Positions 1-12,890 of a stretch of 64,000 nt of DNA are shown piece by piece. A program made the position numbers and the translations under genes. The stretch lies in the NCBI RefSeq assembly GCF_009914755.1, contig NC_060941.1; one strand, given 5' to 3'. The first letter of the stretch is position 1. Each line of letters starts with the position of its first letter. The DNA comes from the human T2T-CHM13v2.0 reference genome, Homo sapiens. Under the pieces are notes generated by a model. The model was not told where the DNA came from. It made no database searches and saw only the letters and a program-made list of their open reading frames with translations.

Positions 1-39
1 CCACACTCTTGCTTAATTCAGGACCTGATGCCGTTATAC

Positions 40-221
40 CCAGCAACTTTGAAAGCCACGTGTTGAGGATGAGGGAGCTACAGATGGAAGGTATCTAGAG
101 AGCCACCTGCCAATTAGGAACACCCATTTTGGCTTTCATATGACTGATGAAGAAGCTTCTACAGTGTTTAAACTATCATATGTTCTTGGCGTTCGCATCT
201 AATACTGCCTTCAATAATACA
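40..221 (+). mobile_element. MLT1J/I-type MaLR LTR, 3' part
   Basis: gccacgtgttgaggatg...aggaacacccattttgg...aataca terminus resembles recalled MLT1J consensus. Confidence 0.7.
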
Positions 222-1059
222 ATTTGAGACGAAACCCCAAGGGAAACACTGCAAGGCAGTGCAGGCGGCCACAGGGAAATAGAACTGGCCAACATTCCAG
301 TTTTATCCCCACAAAACGATGGGAGCTCAAAATAGAAATTGAAGTTGACTATTTGCACATTGGAGTCTGTGGACTAAGATTTTTTTCTTGCTGCTTCTCC
401 AATAATGGAGCTAAAAATGTGGTCCTTCCTTCCTCAGAGAGTTGTAAGAATCAAAACCAAATAATGTACTTCATAGTAAACTGTAAATTATTCTGAAATA
501 TAATATATCATTACTGTCATCATCATTATTAACTTTGGCCAAAGTTGATGGGGAAGGAATCTCAAGGGTCCAGATCAGGGGACATTTATAGCAGGAAGGC
601 CAGACCCTTCTGCCAGCCCAAGGAAAAGGGGGAATGTCCACTCCTTGGATAAAGGCCTATAATCCCAATTCACAAATCCTGAAGAAATGGCTCCTTCTCT
701 ATTCCTCAACCCCTATGCCCTTCCTCAAGCAAAAGCAGCCTTGTTTCCTAGAGATCTGTCAGATGCTCCTGATGACAAAAGAGAAAGAGGACTTCTGATG
801 GAGAACAGAACCCGAGAACGTGAAGGGTGTTACCACCTCACCCAGGAGGCAGGGCTGAGTCCACTTCACTCAGTCCAGGCTGCCTGGAGCCCACGCCCCA
901 CGTAGGAACAAGCTGATCTCCCCCTCCAAAGGAGGCTCTCAGCAAATGGGACCTACATCCCCCCATGGCAACTTACCTTCTTCACTATATTTGGTCCTTA
1001 ATGGAGACATTGCTTTATGGAAATAAACAATAATTATTTCACATCCATAATCATAGCTT

Positions 1060-1600
1060 AAAATAATTAGTACATTTATTAAGCACTCACTGGGTGGCAG
1101 GGACTTTATTAAAAATGTTAATACCATGTGTCCTCACAAAAATTATCATTATCCTCATTTCTTTTTTTTTTTTCTTTTGAGACAGTCTCACTCAGTCACC
1201 CAGGTTGGAGTGCAGTAGCATGATCTCGGCTCACTGCAACCTCCACCTCCGAGGTTCAAGCGACTCTTCTGTCTCAGCCTCCTGAGTAGCTGGGATTACA
1301 GGCACTCACCACAATGGCCAGGCAAATTTTTGTATTTTTAGTAGAGAAGGGGTTTCACCATGTTGGCCAGGCTGGTCTCGAACTCCTGACCTCAAGTGAT
1401 CCGCCCGCCTTGGCCTCCCAAAGTGCTGGGATTATAGGCGTGAGGCACTGCGCTTGCCCTTATTATCCTCATTTCAAAGATGAAGCACCTAAGACTCAGA
1501 GAGGCCAGGTGATTTGTCCTAAATCACAAAGCTTGATTGTGGCAAAGTCAGAATTCAAATCTATGACTGCTTGACTTCAGAGGCCAAGCTCTTTTACTCA
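1060..1600 (-). mobile_element. MIR split by an Alu
   Basis: attatcctcatttc[Alu]attatcctcatttcaaagatgaagcacctaagactcagagagg: antisense MIR core. Confidence 0.75.
1162..1459 (-). mobile_element. AluS (Sx/Sz-like), full length
   Basis: Poly-T followed by antisense dimeric Alu; 14-bp TSD attatcctcatttc at 1148-1161 and 1462-1475. Confidence 0.95.
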
Positions 1601-1849
1601 GTAAGCTATATGGCATCTTATTTTCTGTTTATGTTGTTACAGGCATCGGCCATCTGTTCTACACATGTAGGGCATCTGATGCTTTTTAAAAGAGAAACAT
1701 TATTATCAAGTCTCATCGGCCTCCTTGTTTTGCATGGTACCATGTTAACTGAAACTCACGGATATCATCACCATGCTCTCACTTTACAATTTTCAGTTGC
1801 CATGGAGCTGTGCAAAGTGAGAACAGCCTGTGTTATCCTCGTTGCCATT

Positions 1850-2321
1850 ATCAGAGTATCAGACTGCAATCATGCTGCATAACAGGCCTTTCCAAAACTC
1901 AGTGACCTACCACCGAAAGCATTTGATCTGTGTCACTCTTGGGTGTCTGAGGTGGCTGGGGCAGCTCTGTGTCAGGCTGCAGGGCAGCTGTGCTTGGCTC
2001 CAAACTCTGGGTTGGGTTCATACCTATGCGTGTGTCTGCACCTTCTTCTTGGACCAGCAGGTAGCAGGGCGTATTCTTCTCGTGGAAGATCCTAGGAGTT
2101 CTGTACAAGAGGCCAAGTTGTTCTAGAACATTTAAGGCCTCCGAACACTCTTAGCATCCCATTGGGCAAAACAAGTCAGCTAGCCAAGCTGACATCAATG
2201 AGGTGGGAACGTGTACTCCACTCACAGTTGGGGGGCACTGTAAAGTCACATGGAAAAAGGTAGAGATATACAATCCTATTGCAGGGGGTAAAAAAATAAG
2301 ACCCAGAGCCAGTCAGCCACA
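1850..2321 (-). mobile_element. MLT1H/G-type MaLR LTR
   Basis: gctgcataac..ccaaaactcagtg..catcccattgggcaaaacaagtca..gccaag..gtcacatgg motifs typical of antisense MLT1. Confidence 0.7.
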
Positions 2322-4699
2322 GTCAGTGTCTTCACCATCATTACCAGCAGGCTTCTAGCTTGGTTAATAGGTTGGCAGAGAGCAGTCCTGATATCCTTCT
2401 GAGGGCTGCAGGGGATACATCAGCCTAAGAGATTACAGATGGCCTCCTCCCTTCCACCTCCTCCTCCTTCCCAGTGATATCTTGGCTTCTCCCTCTGCCT
2501 CCAGGCACCCTCCTCTCAACTCCTTCCCTTTCCTTGGCTCTGGCTATTGCAGAGACAGGTTCTCATCAAAACCCAGTTGACCCAAAACAGGACTGCAGCA
2601 AAATTCAAAAGCCAATTCACAAAGTAAATAGAGTCCCTCAGCTGTGCAGCTATTTCCTGACTTAAACTTCATAACTGTATGAAGTACGCAGGGCTGGACT
2701 TGTTTTCCAGGTTCCCACTGTATGGGTGGGAATATTGAAGCTCAGAGAAGATACGATTTGCTAAAAGTCTCATGGGAGCGTCAAAGTGGCCCAGCCCAAA
2801 CTTGAATACAGTTCTTCTCTCTCCAGGCCCTGGTAATGGGAGGAAGGAAAAATCATCAAACCCAGATCCTGAAAACAGCTAGGGTTTGGACAAGTCAGAC
2901 TCGGTTGGGAGAAACGTCTGGGAAAAGGTGTGTCCCACGAAGATTCCCTGCACACACTTCCCTCCGGAAGTTTGGTCGGCACAGCTGAACATAGTCCAGC
3001 TCTCAAAGTCCTCCACTGGGACGTGGCCAGAAGCATCTGGGCCACAAGAATTCAGTGTCCTTCTGAGTGTCTTAAGAAGAGCCGATTTGCATCTGAATTC
3101 TAGGAACTGTATGAGTTTATTCACGTCCATCACTAGGCCCAAAGCGGCGTTGTTTTCCATTTCTCCAGGGCCTTTTCTCCAGCCGCCCTTGCTCTCCACC
3201 CACCCCATTCCTGCCCCCTCCCACTTTCTCTAGACATGAAGATGGTCTCCTGCCTGATTGGGTTTGAAGTGGAATAAAAATTTTAAACAGACTCCATCCT
3301 GCAGACATTTTAGCTACAAAGTGGTATTGCTATGTTTTGGAGATGATAGTAAAATAAGGACTTTTTTTTTTAAAGTTAATGAATTGGCTGACATTATGAT
3401 GTCAGAAGGACTGGAGCCAAAGGTGTTTTGCTAAAGGGAGTCTCCCCACAGCCCCCACTCCAGACGACACAGCACCCCTGGAGCCCATAGTACTTGTGAC
3501 TGTTCACGCTGTTTACACACCCAGCTCCGCTGACTGCCTCTTTGTGGGAAGTTGTTTACATGAATTTATTTTGGGAAAATTCCATTAGACAGCACTGGGA
3601 TTTCTTCACAAATCATTGCCTCTCACTTGTGTCTTGATCAAATCTGGGCAGGCGACTTTTTCTTCAGAGCCCTGTCTCCCTGTGTTTCTATTAGGGATTG
3701 AGGGGGTACTCAGGGAGAGGGGACAGAAAGGATAATGAAGTAGCCAGGGATGGCTTGGAAAGAAGAGGCCTGTCTGGTTGGATTAGAAACAACACTTGAG
3801 GGACAACAGAGGGGTCTCTACTGGCTTGGGGGCTGCAGACTCACATGCGGTTTTCCAGGCCACAGCCATTCATGGACTTGCCCATCCTGTGCCTGGCCCT
3901 GTGTTAAGGTGCTGGGACACAGAGACACATTGCCAATGCTCCATGATTCCAAGAACCCTGGAATTCAATGAAAGAGCAACAGAAACAAGCAATTCCAATC
4001 AAATTGTCTTAAGGTCCTTCTTGCCCCACCTGACCCTTGGTTAGGCGTCTGGATCCTGTCTATCAACTCACTTTTGTCATTCTCTCTGTTGAAGGAGAAT
4101 CCCAAATATTGGATGCACCCCAATTAGCTACCATTGGTTTAACCTCAAATTGACATCACATGTAAACATGCCACCCAGTCACTTCTTTAGTGCTGGAGAA
4201 ATTCCCTCTTGTCCCCAAAGACAGATTTACCGGATACCTACTTGGTGCCAATGCCTGTGGATTGGAGATCCTGAGACATTGCCCTTGCTCTGCAAGAACT
4301 CAGCCTGGACCCAGCAGAGGAGGAAGAGGAACGGGACTGCAGATAAACCACAAAGGAGACACTTGCTCCCAGGTGAGGGAAGCTGGCTGTGGTTCCAGGT
4401 GCCCTCCAAGGAGAGCTAGAAGGAAGGGGACAGCTCCTGGAAGTAACCCAGCTCCACTCATGGGTCCAGCCACTCTGTGCCTTCATCTATCCAGCAGGTC
4501 TGGCTCCCCTGTCCCAAAACACTTCTCCCAACACACAGACTGCAAAGGTATATGGTCACAGGGTTCACTGAACACCCCTGGGAGGGATCTGCTTCTCTGG
4601 GTTTCCTCATTTCTAATCAGAAGGGGCTGCCCCACCAGGTCTGCACATGTGTTAGCCATAAGAACCTCTGTGGAAGCATCTTGGGCGGTGTTAGTGGCC

Positions 4700-4800
4700 C
4701 ACATTTACTGAGCACTTACTACACATTAGGCACAGGTCTACGTGTTTCACATGTGTTAATTCACTTAATCCTCACAGCAACCCCATAACAGGTACTTATA
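4700..4800 (-). mobile_element. MIR fragment (host of the MER44)
   Basis: catttactgagcacttact...ttaatcctcacagcaacccc. Confidence 0.7.
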
Positions 4801-4802
4801 GC

Positions 4803-5362
4803 CATCCACGGGGGACACGTTGCAAGACCCCAGTGGATACCTGAAACCTTGGATAGTACCGAACTCTGTATACAATGTTTTTTCCTATACATACATAACT
4901 ATGACAAAGTTTAATTTATAAATTGGCACAGTAAGAGATTAACAACAATAATTAATAGGAGAATTATATCAACATACTGTAATAAAAATTACATGAATGT
5001 GGTCTCTCTCTCTTTGTATCTATCTCTTTCTGTCTCTCTCTCTCTCTTTCTCTCTCTCAAAATATCTTATTGTACTGGACTCACCCTTCTTCTTGTGACC
5101 TGTCAATCTGATAACCAAGACAGCTTCTAAATGAATAACGGGCAGGGAGTGTCTACAGCACAAATAAGCTGGACGAGGGGATGATTCAGGGCGAACTGAG
5201 CGGGAGAGTGCGAGATTTCATCACACTACTCAGAATGGCACACAATTTAAAACTTACAAACTGTTTATTTCTGGAATTTTCCATTTAATATTTTTGGATC
5301 ACAGTTGATCAAGGATAACTGAAACCGTGGAAAGCAAACCCATGAATAAGGGAAGACTACTG
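4803..5362 (-). mobile_element. MER44 (Tigger7-derived, TcMar-Tigger) with internal (CT)n
   Basis: caagaccccagtggatacctgaaacc...ataagggaagactactg|ta terminal repeat followed by TA; matches recalled MER44 consensus. Confidence 0.85.
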
Positions 5363-5609
5363 TACTACAGATAAGCAAACGTTAAATAATAAGTCACATA
5401 CCCAAAAAGCCAGTTAAGGAACCAGATAATAGCACAGCTCCTTTTGTGGATGAAAGGGTGGGTCTGCTCCACCTCACAGCTCTCACTCTAGGATCTCAGT
5501 GTTGGAAATAAAAGGACTTGCTTTGTGGACACCACTCCATGCCCCTAGGAGGCTCCACTGCCAGGGGCCTGCTAGTAGGGAGGCAGTGGGACAGGGTAGA
5601 TTGAGCATT

Positions 5610-5803
5610 CACTTCAGAGTCAGATCTCACTCATATTCCAACTCCATCCCTCAACAATAGGGGAAGTTACTTCAGCAAACTTCTTAAACTTTCCAGATCT
5701 TGTTTCCTTCATAGGGCTTCTGTGAATGTTAAATGAGATAATGTATGCACAACACCTAGTGCAGCATTACAGTAGGTATTCAAAAATACAGCAATTGTTA
5801 TTA
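5610..5803 (+). mobile_element. MIR
   Basis: catagggcttctgtgaatgttaaatgagataatgtatg...gtaggtattcaaaaata. Confidence 0.7.
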
Positions 5804-5879
5804 AGATGCATACAAGAGGCAGCATGTTGTAAGATGTTCAAGCAAGATGTGGTGCCATTATGGGCTATTCCTTGAGCCT

Positions 5880-6096
5880 CAGAGTGGCTCTATTTGGGAG
5901 ATGGAGACCATCAGAGCAACTGGCCTTACTTTGTTTCATATCCCTCACTGCTCTCAACACATTTCCATGCACATAGCAAGTGCTGTTGAATGAATGATTC
6001 GTGGATGGCTCAATTGGTGGGAAGATGGATGGATGGATGGATGGATGGATGGATAGATGAATGGACAAATGGACAGATGGACAGATAGATGGATGG
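5880..6096 (+). repeat. L2 3' end whose tail runs into a (TGGA)n microsatellite
   Basis: gcacatagcaagtgctgttgaatgaatga followed by ggatggatggatgg at about 6000-6096. Confidence 0.75.
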
Positions 6097-8379
6097 TCTA
6101 AATTTGTCAACTCCTTATAAAATATTCCATCATACACCTCTACATGTCTCATTTCAACACCTCAAGGAACACTCCAGTCTTTGACTCCTCCTCATTCTTT
6201 CAAACCCGTGACTCATCCTGCCAGATAACCTCGTTGTTGTCTGTCTCCTCAGCCCCTTTGCAATGATGCATTGTTCCACTATCTGGTAGTTCTTGACTCT
6301 TGCTCTTCCTCTGAACAGTTTTAGAGCCACACTCTACATCCATGGGCCAGTTCCATCCCAGTTCCCAGTACTATCCTCCAAAACCCCAGCCTGTGCACAG
6401 TGTGGTACGGCTGTTGGGAAGGAGGTAATGTCCAGGTATGCATTCCCTGAAGCCCTGGTCCCTGGAGACCTGGGCTGGAACAGTGGTTCCTGTGTGTCTT
6501 GGCATTCCATGGCCAGACTCCAGCCACGCACTGAGGTTGTTTCATGCACAGTCCTAAGTGCTCTGTGTTCTGCCTACACAGGAGCCAGGAGCAAACCCAG
6601 CCTGAGGCTCTGTCGCCCTCCATTGGCAGTGGCTCCAGCAGAGCATGGAGCCATGGCATGCGATGGCTTCCTAGAAGCCAATGCAGTCCTCCAGCTGCAA
6701 CAGGTATAGCTGGATTCCCAAGGTCAGGGCTGCCAGTCTGGCACAGTCATGCACCCACCAATATACCATCATAGACTGCTCTCACCATGACCAGTCGCAG
6801 AAAATCTACCTGATACCTTAGAGAGTCTGCCCCCTTCCTCTTACAGATGCAGCAATACCAAGAAAACCTCAGGTCCAAGTTCTCAGGGGATCGTGCATGT
6901 CACCCTCCCAGTTTTATACCTGGTGGGGAAGATAGAAACGTGGACTTGGCTTTTTTTCCCACAACTGGGGATAATACTGAGGCCAGGTTTAGACTGTGGT
7001 GGCATTAATGGGTCTTTGTCTCTTTTAACATCCCAGCCTCAGTTTCTGGAAAGAACAGCCTATGTTTCATAAGAGTTCTGGGTAGTAGGATGCTAATTAG
7101 CAATTATAGATTTAATGGGAGGGCATCAGCTCTCACCTGGCTGAAGGTCAGGTCTGTGCAGACAGACACTGATGACAAGCAGCCCTGGCTTAGGGAAAAG
7201 GCAGCTTGTCAGTCATGAGTTATCCCCTATACCATGCATTTGAAGCATATCCAGAGGCTGATGTCATGTCACTTGCTACTCACTTTACCTTTGTCACTGG
7301 CTTCTCTTTCCCAGAGGCCCTGATCCAACCTTCTCCCAGGAATTCCATTACCTCTGCTTCAGTGCTGCCTTCTCCTGAATGCCACCTCTGTGCTGTCGGT
7401 TCCAGAAAAACATGCATTTTATAAGGACATGAAGGTAGGTGCACTGCTCTGGAATCACTTCCATCCAGCTTAACCTGGAGCCCATCTCTGTGATAAGCAC
7501 ACCCACTCCCCTTGCAAACACATCACCGCCAAGTGATCCTGTGGTTTGCCAGGCCCTCCACCTTCCCTGCAGGCTCTTCACCCAGGGACATGTTAGAAAG
7601 GAACAAGGAGGTGGGGGTGGGGGGTCACCCTAAAGGATAGAGTAGGTGCCTAAATCATCCAGGCAGAAGGTTAGTTCCCAAAGAGACTGTTAGTTGCTGG
7701 CTTGGGCTAAGGTTACCTGATTGAACTAAAATGTATGGTTTCTGTCCAACCCCACCTTCCAGGAATAAAAGGGCCTCATGAGGAAGAGAAAATCTATTAT
7801 ACAGAATTGTCCTTGAACTATAATTTCACTGCATATATAATTTTAGTACAAGAAAATGTATGCCCCCACTGAAAACATACAAGCAGCAACCTCAGAGAGG
7901 GATGAGAGGGTTAAAGGAGACAGGTGCCCAAGGCTCCTGGCTTTGAGTGAATGCTCAAAAAGTAGCTGCAATTATTATTTTTATCAAAATGAAGTTTATA
8001 ATGACTCTGCTTTAAACATCATAGAAGTTAAAAGGGACTTTCCCAGGGCTGTGTCTTACCCCACTCACATCAGCGTCCAGGGATGCAGAGAAACGGCCTG
8101 ACATTCACAGCTTGTCACTCAATTCCATGGCTGGGGCCAGAATCCCCAGTCACTAGCAGTCTCATTGGTGGACTGCAGTCCCAGGTGTTGTGGAAGAGGG
8201 CAGGGGATAGAGGAGGGCAGGCACAGTTCAGAAGAGAGCTGCCTACTCTTATTTATGACTTTGACCCTCCCCAGATCCCAGGGACAGAAGTTTAGACTTT
8301 CCCCAGTCCAGGCTGGCTAAGGGCAAGATGAATAGCAGAGCACCTGGGCTATGCAGAGGAAGCCACCAGGTATATTAAA

Positions 8380-8820
<441 letters not shown>

Positions 8821-9284
8821 TAAATTGTCCAGTTTAATCCAAGTTATCGAGAGATTGGGTCAGGCCAGTCAGGACTCCCATGGGATATCTTACTCTTTCA
8901 CTACAAAACTCAGAGTCTGACCTTGATTCATTCTTTCATTCATTTCACATGTTTATATGCACCACATGTTTATACTCATCAGATGCTAAACTGGACTCCC
9001 CATCCCTTACCCTGAAACCTGCCTGACCTCCATGAGCCAATACATCACCATCTACCCAGACACAGAGTCCAGGAGTTGTGATTCCACCTCTAGTCTACCC
9101 CACCTTCCTGGTTTACAAGAACCAATCAGTTATGCTCCAAATTCTGCTTTGGAAAATTCATCAGACTCCATCTCTTCCTCTCCAACCGCAGGGCGTGTCC
9201 CTCATACTCTCACACATGGGTCATTACAGTGGCCTCCTACCTTGTATCTCTGTCTGCAGCCTTCATGGCCTTGAAGATGACCTC

Positions 9285-9649
9285 TGGTATGGTTTGGCTG
9301 TGTCTCCACCCAAATCTCATCTTGAGTTATAGCTCCCATAATTTCCACATGTTGTGGGAGGGACTCAGTGGGAGGTAATTGTGTCATGGGGGCAGGTCTT
9401 TCCCGTGCTGTTCTCGTGATGGTGAATAAGTCTCACAAGATCTGACGGTTTTATAAAGGGGAGTTCCCCTGCACATATTCTCTTTGCCTGCTGCCACGTA
9501 AGACATAACTTTACTCTTCCTTCGCCTTCCACCATGGTTGTGAGGCCTCCCCAGCCATGTGGATCTGTGAGTCATTTAAACCTCTTTCCTTTATAAATTA
9601 CCCAGTCTCAGGTATATCTTTATTAGCAGCATGAGAATGGACTAATACA
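9285..9649 (+). mobile_element. THE1B solo LTR (MaLR)
   Basis: tggtatggtttggctgtgtc...ggactaataca; 5-bp TSD acctc/acttc. Confidence 0.9.
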
Positions 9650-10059
9650 ACTTCCTATGCCATCATCAGAGATAGGGTCATTCATCATCCAAGACCATCA
9701 ATGCCTCCTGACTGCCCATGGGGAGAGGGTCTACATCCCTTTACTTGCCAACAAGGCCCTTCGTGATCCAAGTGCACCTCCCACTGCATTCCTCCATTCA
9801 CCTACCACTGACTATTATGGGCCACTCTCCACTCCCCCATGGACATGTAATACATTTTTATTTCCATGACTTGGCTCACACTATTCTTCCAATACCAGAT
9901 ACTCTCCCCACTTCCCCATCTTTTGACACTTCCCTCAGCCTCCAGTGCTCTGCTCAGAAGTGACCTCCTTTGAGAAGCCTTCCCTAATCCCTTGGTCAGC
10001 CTTAATTGCCTCTTCACTCAGCATCTACCACATGCTGGTAGTCCTTTAATACCATTTTG

Positions 10060-12480
10060 CCTTGTCTTGCCATGATTGTTACACAATCAGAAACACCAGC
10101 TGGGTCTCCCTACAAGATAGTTCCAGAAGCTGGACCTTTCCAGCCACTTCCAAGACTGCTGGACACTCTGTCCAAGCCACCACATCTCTTGCTGGGATTT
10201 TCACAATTGTCCCCTAATTGTTCTCCTTTTATTCTGGCCTCCTCTTCCACAAGATCTCTTCTTTAAAGACTGGTGCTGCTAAAGATCTCAGGGCATATTA
10301 ATCTTCAGTGCAAAGTCTCTCTCAGAATAAAATCCCAAGTCCTCACCATGGGATGCAAGGTTCCTGGATCCATAAACCAAAACCAAGGCAACTCTCTCCA
10401 AGGTCCTACAGGATGGGTCCCAGTCACCTCTCTCCAAGGTCCTATAGGATGGGTCCCAGTTACCTTTCCACAAGGTCCTATAGGATGGTCACCTGTCTCC
10501 AAGGTCCTATGGGACAGGGCCCTGTCACCTCTCTACAAGGTCCTATGGGATGGGCCCTGTCACTTGTCTACAAGGTCCTATGGGATGGGCCCTGTCACCT
10601 GTCTACAGGGTCCTATAGGACAGGGTCCTGTCACCTCTCTACAAGGTCCTATGGGACAGGGCCCTGTCACCTCTCTACAGGCTTCTCCTCAGCAAGGGCC
10701 AGCCATCTCTCTGACCTCAGCTCCTGCCTCCACCCAGCCCCATTTCATCCTATAGGATGGGTCCAGTCACTTCTCTCCAAGGATGGGTGCCACTCACCTC
10801 TCTACAAGATCCTATAGGATGGGCCCAGTTACCTTTCCACAAGGTCCTATAGGATGGGTCCAGTCACTTCTCTCCAAGGATGGGTCCCACTCACCTCTCT
10901 ACAAGATCCTGTAGGATGGGCCCAGTTACCTTTCCACAAGGTCCTATAGGATGGGTCCAGTCACTTCTCTACAAGGTCCTATGAGACAGAGCCCAGTCAC
11001 CTCTCTACAAGGTCCCATGGGATGGGCCCAGTCACCTCTCTACAAGGTCCTATAGAACAGGACCCAGTCACATCTCTATGAGGTCCTATGGGACAGGTCC
11101 CTATCACCTCTCTACAAGGTCCTATAGGACAGGTCCTTGTTACCTGTCTCCAAGGTCCTATGGGATGGGTTCCTATCACCTCTCTATAAGGTCCTAAAGG
11201 AAGGGGCCCAGTCACCTCTCTACAAGGTCCTGTGAGACAGGGCCCAGTCATCTCTCTGCAAGGTCCTACAGGAAGGGGCCCTGTGGCCTGTCTCCAAGGT
11301 CCCATGGGATGGGTTCCTATCACCTCACTACAAGGTCTTATGGGATGGGCCTAGTCACCTCTCTACAAAGTCCTATGGGATAAGCCCTGTCACCTGTTTA
11401 CAAGGTCCTATGGGATAGGGCTCTGTCACCTCTCTACAAGGTCTTATGGGATGGGCCCTGTCACCTGTCTACAAGGTCCTATGAGACAGGGCCCTGTCAC
11501 CTCTCTGCAAAGTCCTATGGGATGGGCCTTGTCACCTGTCTACAACGTCCTATGGGACAGCGCCCTGTCACTTGTCTACAAAGTCCTATGGGACAGGGCC
11601 CTGTCACCTCTCTACAAAGTCCTATGGGACAGGGCTCTGTCACCTCTCTACAAGGTCCTATGGGACAGAGCCCTATCACCTGTCTACAGGGTCCTATGGG
11701 ACAGGGCCCTGTCACTTGTCTACAAAGTCCTATGGGACAGGGCCCTGTCACCTCTCTACAAAGTCCTATGGGACAGGGCCCTGTCACCTCTCTACAAGGT
11801 CCTATGGGACAGGGCCCTGTCACCTGTCTACAAGGTCCTATGGGACAGGGCCCTGTCACCTCTCTACAAGGTCCTATGGGATGGGCCCTGTCACTTGTCT
11901 ACAAGGTCCTATGGGATGGGCCCTGTCACCTGTCTACAGGGTCCTATAGGACAGGGCCCTGTCACCTCTCTACAAGGTCCTACGGGACAGGGACCTGTCA
12001 CTTCTCTACAGGCTTCTCCTCAGCAAGGGCCAGCCATCTCTCTGACCTCAGCTCCTGCCTCCATCCAGCCCCAACTCATTCATGTGGACCCTTAGCCCCT
12101 GGGTGAGTCCTCAACCACACCAACATGATCACGCTACCACTTCAGAGCCTTGATGTTTGCTGTTCCCTCCACCTGGCAAGTCCTGACTCCTCTTCTTGCT
12201 GCTCCTCTGAGTCATTCATTCTCATGCATCGTAAGAGAGGCTTTACCGCATTTCTCCTCAACCCTCCCCTCATACTCCACTTTCCTGCTTAGTTCTCCAC
12301 AGCGCCTACAGCCCCTAATATGCTATGTGTTTCTCTCTTAGTGTTTGTTGACGGGGATCAGAGTTTCAGCTCCCTGAGAGCAGAGACCTCATTTTATTAG
12401 CTGTTTTTTCCAGGGCCAAAAACAGCACTTGGCTCATAGGAGATGCCCAGTTATTATTGTGGAGTGAATGAATGAATGAT
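10060..12480 (+). mobile_element. L2 3' region interrupted by the minisatellite
   Basis: ctcagaataaaatcccaagtcctcaccatgg before the array; ctctgacctcagctcctgcc...ttgctgttccctcc...gaatgaatgaatga tail after it. Confidence 0.75.
10391..12011. repeat. Minisatellite/VNTR, 35-36-bp unit (gggacagggccctgtcacctctctacaaggtcctat), about 45 copies
   Basis: Directly visible tandem array; 12-aa periodicity (GQGPVTSLQGPM) in overlapping ORFs. Confidence 0.95.
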
Positions 12481-12509
12481 GCACACATCTGTTTCCCCTC
12501 ACTATATGA

Positions 12510-12890
12510 TGTTAGTAAGAAATATTTTGGCTTGCCAGGACAGAAAGCCAATTTAAACTAGCCCAAACAAGAAGGGACATGGATTGGCTCAAGGAATCCA
12601 TAGACAGAGTCCACATGGCAGGAGATACAGAAGGTGGCAATTCTCAAGGTTTATATCTAATAGCTTGAGCTGCCAGAGAATAAGTCACTCAGTTTCATTT
12701 CCAAAAATCCCAAGGAAGAAAACTGATGCATGCTGCTCAGGTCAGGCATCCATCCCTGGACCAATCAACTGTGGGCCGGGGCAGTGCCACAGCCTTCATG
12801 TGAATAAGGGAGGGAGGGAAGGATAGTGCCCAAAAGATGAGGGCATGGGGGGAGGGGAAGCTGGGCAGACAAGCCCAGAGATGCCCATGA
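12510..12890 (-). mobile_element. Old MLT1 (K/L-type) LTR
   Basis: acagaaagccaatttaaactagc...ggtcaggcatccatccctggaccaatcaactgtgg. Confidence 0.55.

Noticed and set aside
4150-4788. 173-aa ORF and neighbours
   Set aside because: No family resemblance, non-ATG start, and it runs into a MIR
6293-6774. Overlapping ORFs in unique-looking sequence, a possible exon or pseudogene
   Set aside because: No recognisable domain in any frame; a translated search would be needed to revive it
10391-12011. 36-bp palindromic repeats resembling CRISPR direct repeats
   Set aside because: Units are head-to-tail with no unique spacers, there are no cas genes, and the context is primate
10273-12106. Long ORFs (up to 214 aa) with GQGPVTSLQGPM repeats, superficially collagen- or mucin-like
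   Set aside because: A by-product of a 36-bp stop-free unit; 35-bp units shift the frame, ORFs appear in several frames on both strands, and there is no splice or promoter context
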